From: a virus
Strand: one strand, 5' to 3'
Length of the DNA: 64,000 nt
IMG/VR virus record: IMGVR_UViG_3300022700_000278
Location: 1-64,000 of that record
Shown here: piece by piece, positions 27,084 through 37,256 of the stretch
Numbering within the stretch: position 1 is the first letter of the stretch
Layout of the letters: the number at the start of each line of letters is the position of its first letter
Position numbers and translations under genes: made by a program
The notes under the pieces: model-generated
Told to the model about the DNA's origin: nothing
Seen by the model: the letters and a program-made list of their open reading frames with translations, nothing else
The model's database searches: none

Positions 27084-27106
27084 GTATGATTAGGAGGTAG
27101 CTGATA

Positions 27107-29011
27107 ATGTCTAATACCATCCCTACTTTTGATAACTTACCAGGGACCTTTCTGGTAAAGAACGATGGCGGGCTGGCCCCTGAGGCTGGAAGCCCTGCTC
27201 CTCGTGCTTTGGTTATTGGGACTGCCGCGAAAGGTCAAAGCAACCCATATGTGGTTCGTACTACCGGCCTTGCGAAGGGCGAGTTTGGGACCAATGGAAC
27301 GTTGCTGAGAGGAATGTACGAGGCAAAGAGTTCTGGGGCCGAGGAAATCGTACTGTATCGCATTGGAGCAACGGCTGCTGTTCTAGAAGGTGTTGGTGGC
27401 GACGCCACGTCTGGCACAGGATATACCATTACAACTATCTTAAAAGACGATTCTGCTGGTGAAACATATTCGGTTTATTACGACGATGCTTCGGATCGCC
27501 TGATTGTTACGAACGAAGACGACGAGCTTGTTGTCTATGACAACGACGACACAGATCCAATTGACCGGTTCGAGGTTGTTGTCAGTGGTTACCGCGACAA
27601 TGCTGGTGGCGGCGGTACAGACATCGGCACAGCAAGTTCTCCTGTAGCAATGGAAGATGTTGTTGCCGCAGGTACAAGTTATACGGCAGGCACAGATGGT
27701 ACCAATCTGTCTCGCATGGAGCTTTACGAGGCGCTCTACAACGCCTATAAGCTTTTGATTGAGTATGATTTCAATGTTGTGATTCCCATGGACGTCTATG
27801 CAGACGACTACAACTGTGTTGATCAGGGGAACAACGAACAAACACCCGAAACAGACAATGGCGCAAACAGTTATCCAACCGCGGGAGACTTTTCTCCCGG
27901 AAGCTCTGTTGATGCTTTGGGTAAGTGCTATGTAGAGGAATATGAGGGTCGCTATTACTTCTGGTGGAACTTTAGCGGCTCTGGTGCTACTGCAGACATT
28001 TGGCCTGCAGGCGTGGGAACCGCCTCTGGCACTACAAAGATTGATGGAACCGCGCTTGCTGCCAGCGATTTCCACGAAGTTAACTTTGCATACCAGCTCG
28101 CCTACTTCTTGTTTGATTATTCAACAAACAACGTAGACGCAACTGGCGTGATTGGCACACGGCCATTTAGTGATTATTCCTTAGAGGGCATCTCGACCTG
28201 GATTGGTACCGAGCCGACCTATACGCTGAACACTTCCACGGGGAATTATTATGTTGATTCTGCGTCTGATAATGGCGACGGTCTTCTGGGGTTCAAGTTC
28301 ATGGCTGGTCGCGATGATTATCGTAGCGGTGCTTACGGAGGTGGGTTCATTGCTACATCTACTGGCTGGCTAGACAGCGGCGACGAACTTGTTGACGACA
28401 ATGACTACCCTGTAGATCTGGGCAAATATATCAGCGTGATTGTCGACTGGCCAATTTTGACAAATAGCTATGGTCGTCTAACCGGTGTAGGAAATTATAT
28501 CGCGTCTTACGCCGCTAGTTATGGTGGCTTTTATCTGTCGCTGCCGCCAAACAGTGCGCCCACGAACAAAAGAGTGACTGGTTCGTCTCTGTACTACAAG
28601 GTCGGCGTGCGAAAGATGGACAAGCTTGCCGGGCGTGGTTACGTCGTGCTTCGTGAGAAGCCGCAGGGCCTGGTGGTTGCCGATGCGCCTACGGCTTCCC
28701 TGCCAGCCTCTGACTATAAGCGTCTGTCAACGGTTCGCATTGTAGAGGCGCTTTCTAATGCAATCAGAAATGTTCTCGAACCGTATATTGGAGAGGCAAC
28801 AGACGATGCAGTATTAGCTTCCATGAAAAACGCCGTGGATCAGGAGCTGTTGAAGGCGAAGAAGAGCAAGTACCTGAAACGGTATGATTCGTCACAAATT
28901 ATCCAAACTCCTGACATGGCCATCATTGGTGACGTAGACGTTGGTCTCGTGGTTGTCCCAGCGTTTGAGACACGTCAGATCAACGTGACGATTTCTCTTG
29001 CGAAAGAGTAA
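27107..29011 (+). CDS. Contractile tail sheath protein
   Basis: LPGTF N-terminus, LVIGTAAKG, SAPTNK, LSTVRIV..YIGE, VPAFETRQINVTISL C-terminus. Confidence 0.92.
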   Translation: MSNTIPTFDNLPGTFLVKNDGGLAPEAGSPAPRALVIGTAAKGQSNPYVVRTTGLAKGEFGTNGTLLRGMYEAKSSGAEEIVLYRIGATAAVLEGVGGDATSGTGYTITTILKDDSAGETYSVYYDDASDRLIVTNEDDELVVYDNDDTDPIDRFEVVVSGYRDNAGGGGTDIGTASSPVAMEDVVAAGTSYTAGTDGTNLSRMELYEALYNAYKLLIEYDFNVVIPMDVYADDYNCVDQGNNEQTPETDNGANSYPTAGDFSPGSSVDALGKCYVEEYEGRYYFWWNFSGSGATADIWPAGVGTASGTTKIDGTALAASDFHEVNFAYQLAYFLFDYSTNNVDATGVIGTRPFSDYSLEGISTWIGTEPTYTLNTSTGNYYVDSASDNGDGLLGFKFMAGRDDYRSGAYGGGFIATSTGWLDSGDELVDDNDYPVDLGKYISVIVDWPILTNSYGRLTGVGNYIASYAASYGGFYLSLPPNSAPTNKRVTGSSLYYKVGVRKMDKLAGRGYVVLREKPQGLVVADAPTASLPASDYKRLSTVRIVEALSNAIRNVLEPYIGEATDDAVLASMKNAVDQELLKAKKSKYLKRYDSSQIIQTPDMAIIGDVDVGLVVVPAFETRQINVTISLAKE

Positions 29012-29032
29012 CTGAGGAGGGAAGAACAAATC

Positions 29033-29698
29033 ATGCCAAATACGCCTATGCAAAGCGAATACACCAGGGGCTATAATAGCTTTAGTGGTGTAGACATTAA
29101 GGCGGTGTTCGGATCTAAGAGCATTGGTACCTTGCAGGGAATCAGCTATTCTGTGTCTAGGGAGAAGGCCCCTATCTACACCATGGGTAGTGCCGACATG
29201 CGAGGAGTGGCCAGAGGCAAGCGTGGCATCGCGGGTAGCCTGGTCTTCATTCAGTTTGATACTGAGCCACTAATCGATGAGCTTGGTGGGATGCTCTTTA
29301 TGTCTGACATTGACGACCTTAGGCCCGAGTATCAAATGCAGGGGGAGACAAACGTTACGGCTGCGACACAGGCCGTCTCTGCTCCCGGCAGTCAGAATGC
29401 TCCGGGAGTGCCGGCTGCAAACCAGGAGAGCGACCTGACAACGATCTCGTCTGATCAGGAACCAGCTTATCCTTGGTATGCGGATCAGATTCTGCCGTTT
29501 GATGTTCATCTCGCTGCTGCGAACGAATATGGTGCGGTTGCGTCTATGCAGATTCTTGGTCTCGAGCTTTTAAACTCTGGCTACGGAGTTAGTATTGACG
29601 ACATCATGTCTGAGCATAGCTACACCTACATTGCGCATGGCATGTTGCCATGGCGCTTTGAGAACGACAGAAACAGCGAGCTAGGGTTCCAGGGATAA
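29033..29698 (+). CDS. Tail tube protein
   Basis: Directly after the sheath; SFSGVDI..LQGISYSVSREKAPIYTMG..RGKRGIAGSLVF. Confidence 0.8.
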   Translation: MPNTPMQSEYTRGYNSFSGVDIKAVFGSKSIGTLQGISYSVSREKAPIYTMGSADMRGVARGKRGIAGSLVFIQFDTEPLIDELGGMLFMSDIDDLRPEYQMQGETNVTAATQAVSAPGSQNAPGVPAANQESDLTTISSDQEPAYPWYADQILPFDVHLAAANEYGAVASMQILGLELLNSGYGVSIDDIMSEHSYTYIAHGMLPWRFENDRNSELGFQG

Positions 29699-29743
29699 TT
29701 TCTGGTGCTTTAGGTTCGTGAGACTCTCCTCAAAGGAAAAAAC

Positions 29744-30703
29744 ATGCCGATAGGAACTGCCACTGGAGCGACCCAGTCTTCTGGCGGGAAAATTGCTACC
29801 GGGGGACAAGGAAGAAACGTCGTTGGGAAAAATACCTTTGAACAGGCATTCGGCTCTGCGTTTTCTAGTGGCAGTTTCAGCGGCGTAGACATTAAGGTAT
29901 ATCTTAATTATCCGATAAACGAAGCAACGGCAGCGACTCAAATTACTACTTTGAAAGAGCAGCAGCAAGAGATAGAGGAACAACTAGATGCGCTTGCTGC
30001 CGCAGACTGGATGGACCCGAACTCTCCTTATTACAAGGGGTCTTCTGTGGTAATTGCGAAGACTAATACTTTGCAAAACGCCAGAGAAGCTCTTCTTCGC
30101 AAGATATCTTTTTTTGAAAAGTGGCAGGGACGAGCAAACATAATGTCTGCCAGCATGGCAATAGCAGACATGCAGACCCTGTCTTGGTCTATATATAGAG
30201 AAAAGAATCCTTTTAGAGCGCTAGGATCTGTGTATCCTAGGAGCTATGTTCGTGGTCCTCGCACAATAGCGGGGACCATGATTTTTACCTTGTTTGACAA
30301 AAGTGCTTTGCACGATCTGTTAGTTCTGGGCCTAAACCCATATAGCACAGGCACCAAGGCAGACAGGGACTATTATAAAGACACCACAGCTTTGCTAGAT
30401 CAGCTTCCTCCTCTTGATTTTACTATTATTGGCGATAACGAATATGGCAAGAGGATGTATATGAATCTGTGGGGAGTGGATTTCATGAATGACGGAGGAA
30501 CGTTCTCCATAGAAGATCTTTATACAGAAACAGTGGTACAATATGTAGCGAGGGATATAGATTTGCCCAGACCAGGAGAAAGCAGAGAGATAGATACGTT
30601 GACAAATTTGCTTACCGGACAGCCAAAGACAGCCTCTGAGCTTTACAGAAACTCTCTTACTGCAGAAGAGAGAGCAGCAAAAAGACGGAACCCGTATATT
30701 TAG
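29744..30703 (+). CDS. Tail-tube paralogue (tube initiator/baseplate, gp48/gp54-like role inferred)
   Basis: SFSGVDI..MQTLSWSIYREKNP..GPRTIAGTMIF; coiled-coil insertion. Confidence 0.7.
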   Translation: MPIGTATGATQSSGGKIATGGQGRNVVGKNTFEQAFGSAFSSGSFSGVDIKVYLNYPINEATAATQITTLKEQQQEIEEQLDALAAADWMDPNSPYYKGSSVVIAKTNTLQNAREALLRKISFFEKWQGRANIMSASMAIADMQTLSWSIYREKNPFRALGSVYPRSYVRGPRTIAGTMIFTLFDKSALHDLLVLGLNPYSTGTKADRDYYKDTTALLDQLPPLDFTIIGDNEYGKRMYMNLWGVDFMNDGGTFSIEDLYTETVVQYVARDIDLPRPGESREIDTLTNLLTGQPKTASELYRNSLTAEERAAKRRNPYI

Positions 30704-30717
30704 TTGGGACAAGGACG

Positions 30718-31566
30718 ATGCCTGAGTTTCCATATACTCCTAGAGAATCTATGGATCCACATAGCGGTCTGGTTACCTATGAGACAGACTACTATTCTGG
30801 CAGTCAGGTTCAGGTCATGATCGGAGACGTGTTGGTTGACAATGCGGTAAGTGTGTCTTTTCAGTCTATGCAGAGTCGGTCTCCCATCCACGGATATGCT
30901 TCTCCATACTTTGACTTTGTTGCCGAAGGGCCGATTCTGGTAAGAGGATCTCTTGTTGTGGGGTTTAAAGAATCTGGGCAGTTGTTAATGTCTTTGCAGC
31001 GATTCCACAACACACAGGGCAATAGCGTTCGGTATGTCGAAGACGAATATGGTCGAAGAGTACCTGCAAAGACTGCCGGCAAGTTGTTGAGTGCTGCTGG
31101 ACACGGAGATTTGGGCAACAAGGGAAGAGTTGCGTATCGAAATATTGAACAAATAAGACAGGCAGCGGTTGACAGCGGAAACAGACTGGCATATTCTGAT
31201 TTAGTGACGTCTCTTCATGCCTTGACAGATACTGAGTTTGAAGATGCAGCAGAGGTTTTTGAAGATGTATTGTGGACCGGAGCTAGCAGAAGCACAGGTA
31301 CAAGAGACTCTATGTATTCTAGGAACTTATCGGAGGACCCAGCAGACAAAATTTCGCGCAACCAGGCCCTTGGTCGCCGTAGAGCAGACCAATACCCGCC
31401 CTGTGATATTTGGGTTACGTACGGAGACATGAGAGCACCCGATGGGATAAACCATACTGTGGTAAAGTTGCTTGATGTCTATTTCGAGGGGCAATCGCAA
31501 ACAATTACTTCAAACGGAGAACCCGTGTATGAGGAACTTCCATTCTTGGCGCGGAATCGCGTCTGA
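30718..31566 (+). CDS. Second tail-tube paralogue
   Basis: YYSGSQV..VSFQSMQSRSPIHGY..GPILVRGSLVV. Confidence 0.65.
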   Translation: MPEFPYTPRESMDPHSGLVTYETDYYSGSQVQVMIGDVLVDNAVSVSFQSMQSRSPIHGYASPYFDFVAEGPILVRGSLVVGFKESGQLLMSLQRFHNTQGNSVRYVEDEYGRRVPAKTAGKLLSAAGHGDLGNKGRVAYRNIEQIRQAAVDSGNRLAYSDLVTSLHALTDTEFEDAAEVFEDVLWTGASRSTGTRDSMYSRNLSEDPADKISRNQALGRRRADQYPPCDIWVTYGDMRAPDGINHTVVKLLDVYFEGQSQTITSNGEPVYEELPFLARNRV

Positions 31567-31619
31567 TATTTTAATTGGCTATATGGCCACAAACGGTTTT
31601 GAAAAGAAAGGAGATCTCA

Positions 31620-32321
31620 ATGCCTGACTTTAGCAAGCCAGCAGAGAAGATTAACCCACAAGATCCAGAGGCTCTCAAAAAGGCGGGATTTGGCAATCCT
31701 GAAGCTAAGTTCAACCCAGAGGCTGAGATGGCAGAAGTTGCTGCAGACGCAGCCATAGTAGAAGCAGTCAACCAAGCACACGAGGTTTCTGAAAAGCCAG
31801 TTTCTTCTCCCAACAAGAAAAAGGCGAGGAAAAAGAATTTAAAGACAAAGAAAGCTCCTGTGCAAGATCCCCCTGAAAAGCATGAAGACGAAGAGCCAAA
31901 AGACGAAGTAGAAGAAAATGAGGAGGGGCTTTCGGACGATCCTGCAGAGCGCCTGAAGCAGGTTGGCAAAATGATTCAGGAAGAGTATGGCGGCAATGCT
32001 CCTGGTCCGGAGCAGCTATTCCAGTGGAAGCAACAGAGCGGTGACATTTTTGTTCTTCCTCTTGGAGAGAGAACTTTTGTTTACAGGTATCTCAAGCGGG
32101 CGGAATGGAATAAGATTCAGGCTGATGAGTCTATGCAAAGAATGACGGAGTTGCAGCTAGACGATTATCTGTTTGACCGCTGTGTGTTGTGGCCAAGACT
32201 ATCTGTGCAAGAGAAGGCTTTCCTGCCGGCTGGGTTGATCGGTGCAGTTTGTGAGCAGATTAGAATTAATAGTGTTTTTGTGCCTCCAGAGCGACTGGCT
32301 CAGTTCACCATTAAGCTATAG
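31620..32321 (+). CDS. Tail assembly chaperone (putative)
   Basis: Position before the tape-measure-like gene; WKQQSGDIF..FVYRYLKRAEW..CVLWP..PAG; SD AAGGAG (track start 31575). Confidence 0.65.
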   Translation: MPDFSKPAEKINPQDPEALKKAGFGNPEAKFNPEAEMAEVAADAAIVEAVNQAHEVSEKPVSSPNKKKARKKNLKTKKAPVQDPPEKHEDEEPKDEVEENEEGLSDDPAERLKQVGKMIQEEYGGNAPGPEQLFQWKQQSGDIFVLPLGERTFVYRYLKRAEWNKIQADESMQRMTELQLDDYLFDRCVLWPRLSVQEKAFLPAGLIGAVCEQIRINSVFVPPERLAQFTIKL

Positions 32322-32327
32322 TCTTCG

Positions 32328-33053
32328 ATGAACCTTGCGTATCTCCAGAAACAGGGAGGAAACGGCCATCTGTTTGTGGCTGAAATCCCTGGGTGGGGAG
32401 ACGTCCCCTTCAAGCTGCCTTCGGTAAGAAGGGCCCAAGAATATTCTGCTGCTCTTGCTTTGGTTGATAAAACCAGGTCTTCTGGTTCTATCATACTGGA
32501 GCAAATTTTTAGAGAGTGTGTGGTAGACGAAGATCTTGCTTTTCATCGGCAAGATATCCCGGCAGGGATTGTAGATAGCGTGGCGAAAGAAATTCTTTTA
32601 CTGTCTGGTGTGTCTGAAGAAATCGTAGAGTACACACAGGGGCTGTTTCAAACTTATCGAACGCAGGCACAGACAATGTTGCCCACAATGAAAAGGGTTA
32701 TTTGTTCTGTGTTTGGTGGGTATACCTTAGAAACAGTAGGCGAATTAGACTATCAAACGGTTTGTGAAAACTTCATACAAGCAGAAACGGCTCTTATTGA
32801 TGGCGGGGTAATAGAGGGGCCTTTCTCTTTCGGCGACCAACAGGGTCAGGAGTTGGACTTTACCAAGGAGGGGGCAGCACAGCAGGCTGCTCTTGATGGC
32901 CGAGATCCTTCTGTCGCCACGAGCCCAGAGAAGCAGCGTATTTTCCGTGAAGCCAAAAAGAATACTGTCTTGGACAAACGAATACAACAGATAAAAGAAC
33001 AAAAGCTTCGCGAAGCAAGGGAAAAGAGCGCAAAAAAATACAGAAGGGGCTGA
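32328..33053 (+). CDS. Second tail chaperone, paralogue of the upstream gene
   Basis: Shared F..CV...PAG.V..V...I...S pattern. Confidence 0.6.
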   Translation: MNLAYLQKQGGNGHLFVAEIPGWGDVPFKLPSVRRAQEYSAALALVDKTRSSGSIILEQIFRECVVDEDLAFHRQDIPAGIVDSVAKEILLLSGVSEEIVEYTQGLFQTYRTQAQTMLPTMKRVICSVFGGYTLETVGELDYQTVCENFIQAETALIDGGVIEGPFSFGDQQGQELDFTKEGAAQQAALDGRDPSVATSPEKQRIFREAKKNTVLDKRIQQIKEQKLREAREKSAKKYRRG

Positions 33054-33059
33054 TGCTTT

Positions 33060-36000
33060 TTGCCCCTAAAGAACGACAACTCGTTTCTACTGTCTGGCTC
33101 ACAGCCACAAGACCCAACTGAATCTTCTGGAGCATTCGGGGTAGCTGGAGCAAGTCTTGCTGGCATTGGCCTTTCTGGTATGGTGCCGATTGGCCAAAAG
33201 AGGCTGTGGGACTATTATTTAAGCGGCATTAAGGCCGTAGAGACGGGGTTCCCTGGCGCTGTCTTAAGAACCTTTCGGGTATCAGAAACTCTTTCTCCTC
33301 TGGAGACATGGTCTAAGTTTGACCTGTCTCAAAAAATTATAGAAAGTAGGAGTCTGTACGGCCAGTATCTACGCCGGATGCTGGGCGAACAGACGTTGTC
33401 TGCCACGATCTCTCGGGGCACGGGAGTTTTTGGCGAGGTCGTAGACAAACAAGGAAAGACAATTGGTCTTGCCGCTAGCGTTGCGTCTGGCACGCAACGA
33501 GGCGAGACGATAGCTGACTATTACGCCAGGCTTGCCGGCGTTCCTGTTGACGAAGGCCTTTCTATTAGAGAAGGTGCGCTGAGATCAAGGTGGCAAGCAG
33601 AGGGTGCTGGCGTTCCCTATAAGAAGTGGGTAGACAAGCTTTCGTTCTCTGAGCGACAGCCTTCTATTCCTTTAATTGCTCCGTTTAGGAAAGAAGTCGA
33701 GTTTCTAGGAAAGAAGATTAGTCTTGGATCGTCTGCACAGCGAGCAGTTGCCAGAGCAGAAATCTTTCAGCGGTTTGTTCGGGCTAAAACAGCCACGACA
33801 GTAGGCCGACTCAATACGCTATTGCGCAAGCCTTTCGAGATGCCTGGCATCGGGAAGGCTTTGAAAAAAATACCGCTCATTAGTGGTATTGGGATGACAC
33901 CAGGCCCGGCTTCTTCAATGGTAGGAGGCTATGTCCGAAGGGGGATAGTTGCTGGCGGCGTCATGACCGCCTTGTCGTATTATGACTATCTCAGAAGCCA
34001 GGGAGGTCCTTCCTCTTTTGTCGCCGGTCCTGCTCTTGGCGGTGTTCTTGGCGGACTGTTGTCAAAAAAACATGGACGGCCAATTTCGGTAAAAGGAGCA
34101 ACTATTGGAGCGGCTGTCGGACTGGCGACGGCAATTTCTCCGCGTTTCCAAGAAGGTTTGTTCCATGGTGCTCTTTCACTTGTCGCAGATCTAAACCTTG
34201 CCAGGGCTGAAGTTTCCCAGAAACTTGGGTTGCAAAAAGCCGTTAGCCGCCAAGAAGAAATAACTCCTGGTCTATTGTCGGTTAAAACAGCAGCCGGATT
34301 TGCCGGTGTTGGTGCTCTTGGTGCCGGAATGGCTGGCTATGGAAAGCTTTTGGGCGTTGCAGCCAAAGAAAAGATGGCAACCAAAAGGCCATTTGAAGAG
34401 ATCTTTTCCCGTCTTAGAAGCGAATGGTATGGCGAAGGAGAAGAAATAGGTCGAGCAGGGGACTGGATTCAGCAAAAGATTGGTCGCCGACTAAAAGGTG
34501 TTCCGCTTGTTGGGAAGCGCCTCTCTAAAATAAAAAGCCCGATGGCGATGGGGGCCGTCGGGGGTGCTGCTCTCTGGTTAGTTGCCTCCACAGGCCTTCC
34601 TCTGTTGTCTGGAAACATAGGAGCTGCAATACCGGGAGCTAACCTGTTGGCGACAAAGGAAACTCCAGAAGAGTTGAGGCAGATATATTCTGGCGAGAAG
34701 GAGATTCCTGTAAGAAAAGGAAGGTTTTGGGAGATGGGTCGTTCCACCCCATACGAAGGTGGGCGTATCCAGTATTACAGAAAGCATGCTTTAGAGCGCC
34801 TTAGAGCTAGGGCATACCAGAAGGGTGTGTGGGGCGACGAAGAAGAAAAATGGGCCCACTCTCCCTTGCTGCATCCTTTCAAGGCTGTTTTTGGAAGTGA
34901 CGAGTGGAAGTATCACTATGAGATAAAACACCAATATGATCGGCCTGCTCCTTATTCTGGGACATACGGAGAGGATGTGCCCTTCATAGGTCCTCTAGTT
35001 GCTGCTACGGTAGGAAAACTATTGAAGCCGCGAAAGTATGTTCGTCCAGAAGAATGGATGGGAGAAAACGGGTACAGACATATACCTGGAGAAGAAGAGC
35101 CTGCGTATGAGCTTGGGGGTCTTCCACCAGGGGCCCCGGTTGCTCCCGAGGAAACTTCTCAGTTGCTTAATGAATTAATGTATAGGCGGCGAGAAGCGGT
35201 CGGTCTTGTTGGTTTTGCCGAGGGTGCTATTCAGGAAGCTATAACTGGGCGAGAAGAATACTTCCCCAACCTGACTACCATGGCCACGATGGGAGAAGAA
35301 ACTTCTTCTGAATATTGGTTGTGGGAGCACCTGAACCTGGGTGGTGCGCTTGCAACCTCTGAGGTTGTTAGGCGGTTTGTTCCTCATGAAAGAAGATATT
35401 TAGAAAAATACAATCCTTTGGCACGACAGGCTCCTTCTTGGATGCCAGAAGATTACTTCATAGACTTAAAGCGGGGCAATCCATTTGAAGAAATACCAGA
35501 AGCAGAGCTTCGTTTTCCTGGGGCGGGATATGCATCTTTGCATCCAGAAGTAGAGGGGTTGTCTCCCGAAGAATATCCGCTGGCTCATCGTCTTAAAATT
35601 CTTGGTGACGTCGCCTATTGGAGTCCCGAATATAGAAGCTTGGCGAAGGTTGCTCGCAAGGGACTGGGAGGTATGTCTCCAGAGCACCAAAGAATGGTTG
35701 ACCAAACAATAGAGCAGGTAAAAGAGAAAAAGCGGAGAAGAACATTCGACGAGTATCGTTTTCGCGACGAAGAGCTATCGGAAATGATGCTCACGATAAG
35801 GGGTGTCTTGTCTCCAAGAGAAGTGGTCACAAAAGAGCTTGGTCCTATGAAAGTATCGTTGCGTGGAGTTGGGGCAACTAGAGGGAATATGGACGAAGCA
35901 TTGGCTGCTGCAGAAGAAGCTCTTCTTGGCAAGAAAGTTTCTGTCATGACGCCTTCTTTGGAAGGTCGGCGCTATGATATCGTCTCGTCCGGTCCAAGAA

Positions 36001-37256
36001 TGAAGGGCGTCGCCATGTTAGACGACATCCCGTATGGCAGGTGGATGGCCGAGCAGGGATACACAGAAGAAAAGCCACTAGAGGGTGAGTTTGAGCAGCT
36101 CCAATATGATACGACGGCTAGAGTAGCCGGAGGGATTTGGGAGAACTTATCCCGTGCCATAGAGACTCCTTTTGAGGCTCTTACTCCGTTTTCCCCCGCA
36201 GCCAAGCTTATTAGAAAAAGATCTGCAATAGAAGAGTATGCCAAAACAGAAGCTATAAGCACCGAAGCTTCTTTCTGGAACAAGCCCTTGGAAAATTTTA
36301 TTTTCCCTGCCATGGAAGAGATGGAATATGCTCTTGGTGACGAAGAGATTCCTCAGCCAGTTCAAGAGAAAAGAAGAGCTGAAGAATACTTCGACATGTT
36401 GCAGTGGGAAAAGCAAAGAAGGCTTGCTGCGACAGCAGAAACGCCAGGAGATAAAGGCCGGGCATTAGCGCTGCAACGCAATACCATGTTTGGGGCCGAC
36501 CCATTTGGAAGTCCAGTTGGTGTTATGAGGTCGTTGCCCAGGACTTCAAGAGACTTCTTTCAGGCATTTTCAGAAGCAGAGACGCTTCGAGATAGGCAAA
36601 AAATTATGTCTCTTGTGTCAGAACAAGAAAGACGTGTTTATCTTGCTCAGTGGATGCGACAGCAACAGGTTGCTTTAGAGGCAAAGAAAATGGCCAGGTT
36701 GATGACCCGTCAGGACGCGATGAACCTTAATCGTATTTTGATGGCGCGTCGTTCCGAAGGATATGGATACACCTCCTCTGATCTGGAAGAGTGGGAGGCG
36801 GAAAGAAGCAGAGGTATTGCTTTCGACGATTGGCTTAGAGACAAGAAGGCCAAAGAATATTGGGACACACACTCCTTGCCTGGGGCCGATTGGATCGGCT
36901 GGCACCCCTCGGTCGACTTAGAAGATACACAAGCCCGATATCTTGAGCAGGAGGGGTTTGATCATCATGACTTTGACATCTGGGGAGATAAGATGCGCTC
37001 TCTTGCTAGAAAACCATATATAGATCAGGCCGCAGTCTCTTCTCTGAATCCCTTTGCCAATTCGCCTAGGGATTCTGTTGCTCAGGCCGCGCTGACCAAA
37101 TACAACATGAAGGCTCTGCAAAGTTCTTTGGGTGCTGATAATTCTAGGATAGAAATATCGAATATTGAAACGCCAGGAGTAAGCAGATACAATATAGATA
37201 TAAAAGATGAAAGATCTAGTTTGATAGAGGATCTAATGAAGGAGCTTGGTCTGTAG
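33060..37256 (+). CDS. Tape-measure-like protein with hydrophobic segments and a degenerate SNase-like domain
   Basis: First large gene after the chaperones; several Gly/Ala hydrophobic helices. Confidence 0.6.
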   Translation: MPLKNDNSFLLSGSQPQDPTESSGAFGVAGASLAGIGLSGMVPIGQKRLWDYYLSGIKAVETGFPGAVLRTFRVSETLSPLETWSKFDLSQKIIESRSLYGQYLRRMLGEQTLSATISRGTGVFGEVVDKQGKTIGLAASVASGTQRGETIADYYARLAGVPVDEGLSIREGALRSRWQAEGAGVPYKKWVDKLSFSERQPSIPLIAPFRKEVEFLGKKISLGSSAQRAVARAEIFQRFVRAKTATTVGRLNTLLRKPFEMPGIGKALKKIPLISGIGMTPGPASSMVGGYVRRGIVAGGVMTALSYYDYLRSQGGPSSFVAGPALGGVLGGLLSKKHGRPISVKGATIGAAVGLATAISPRFQEGLFHGALSLVADLNLARAEVSQKLGLQKAVSRQEEITPGLLSVKTAAGFAGVGALGAGMAGYGKLLGVAAKEKMATKRPFEEIFSRLRSEWYGEGEEIGRAGDWIQQKIGRRLKGVPLVGKRLSKIKSPMAMGAVGGAALWLVASTGLPLLSGNIGAAIPGANLLATKETPEELRQIYSGEKEIPVRKGRFWEMGRSTPYEGGRIQYYRKHALERLRARAYQKGVWGDEEEKWAHSPLLHPFKAVFGSDEWKYHYEIKHQYDRPAPYSGTYGEDVPFIGPLVAATVGKLLKPRKYVRPEEWMGENGYRHIPGEEEPAYELGGLPPGAPVAPEETSQLLNELMYRRREAVGLVGFAEGAIQEAITGREEYFPNLTTMATMGEETSSEYWLWEHLNLGGALATSEVVRRFVPHERRYLEKYNPLARQAPSWMPEDYFIDLKRGNPFEEIPEAELRFPGAGYASLHPEVEGLSPEEYPLAHRLKILGDVAYWSPEYRSLAKVARKGLGGMSPEHQRMVDQTIEQVKEKKRRRTFDEYRFRDEELSEMMLTIRGVLSPREVVTKELGPMKVSLRGVGATRGNMDEALAAAEEALLGKKVSVMTPSLEGRRYDIVSSGPRMKGVAMLDDIPYGRWMAEQGYTEEKPLEGEFEQLQYDTTARVAGGIWENLSRAIETPFEALTPFSPAAKLIRKRSAIEEYAKTEAISTEASFWNKPLENFIFPAMEEMEYALGDEEIPQPVQEKRRAEEYFDMLQWEKQRRLAATAETPGDKGRALALQRNTMFGADPFGSPVGVMRSLPRTSRDFFQAFSEAETLRDRQKIMSLVSEQERRVYLAQWMRQQQVALEAKKMARLMTRQDAMNLNRILMARRSEGYGYTSSDLEEWEAERSRGIAFDDWLRDKKAKEYWDTHSLPGADWIGWHPSVDLEDTQARYLEQEGFDHHDFDIWGDKMRSLARKPYIDQAAVSSLNPFANSPRDSVAQAALTKYNMKALQSSLGADNSRIEISNIETPGVSRYNIDIKDERSSLIEDLMKELGL

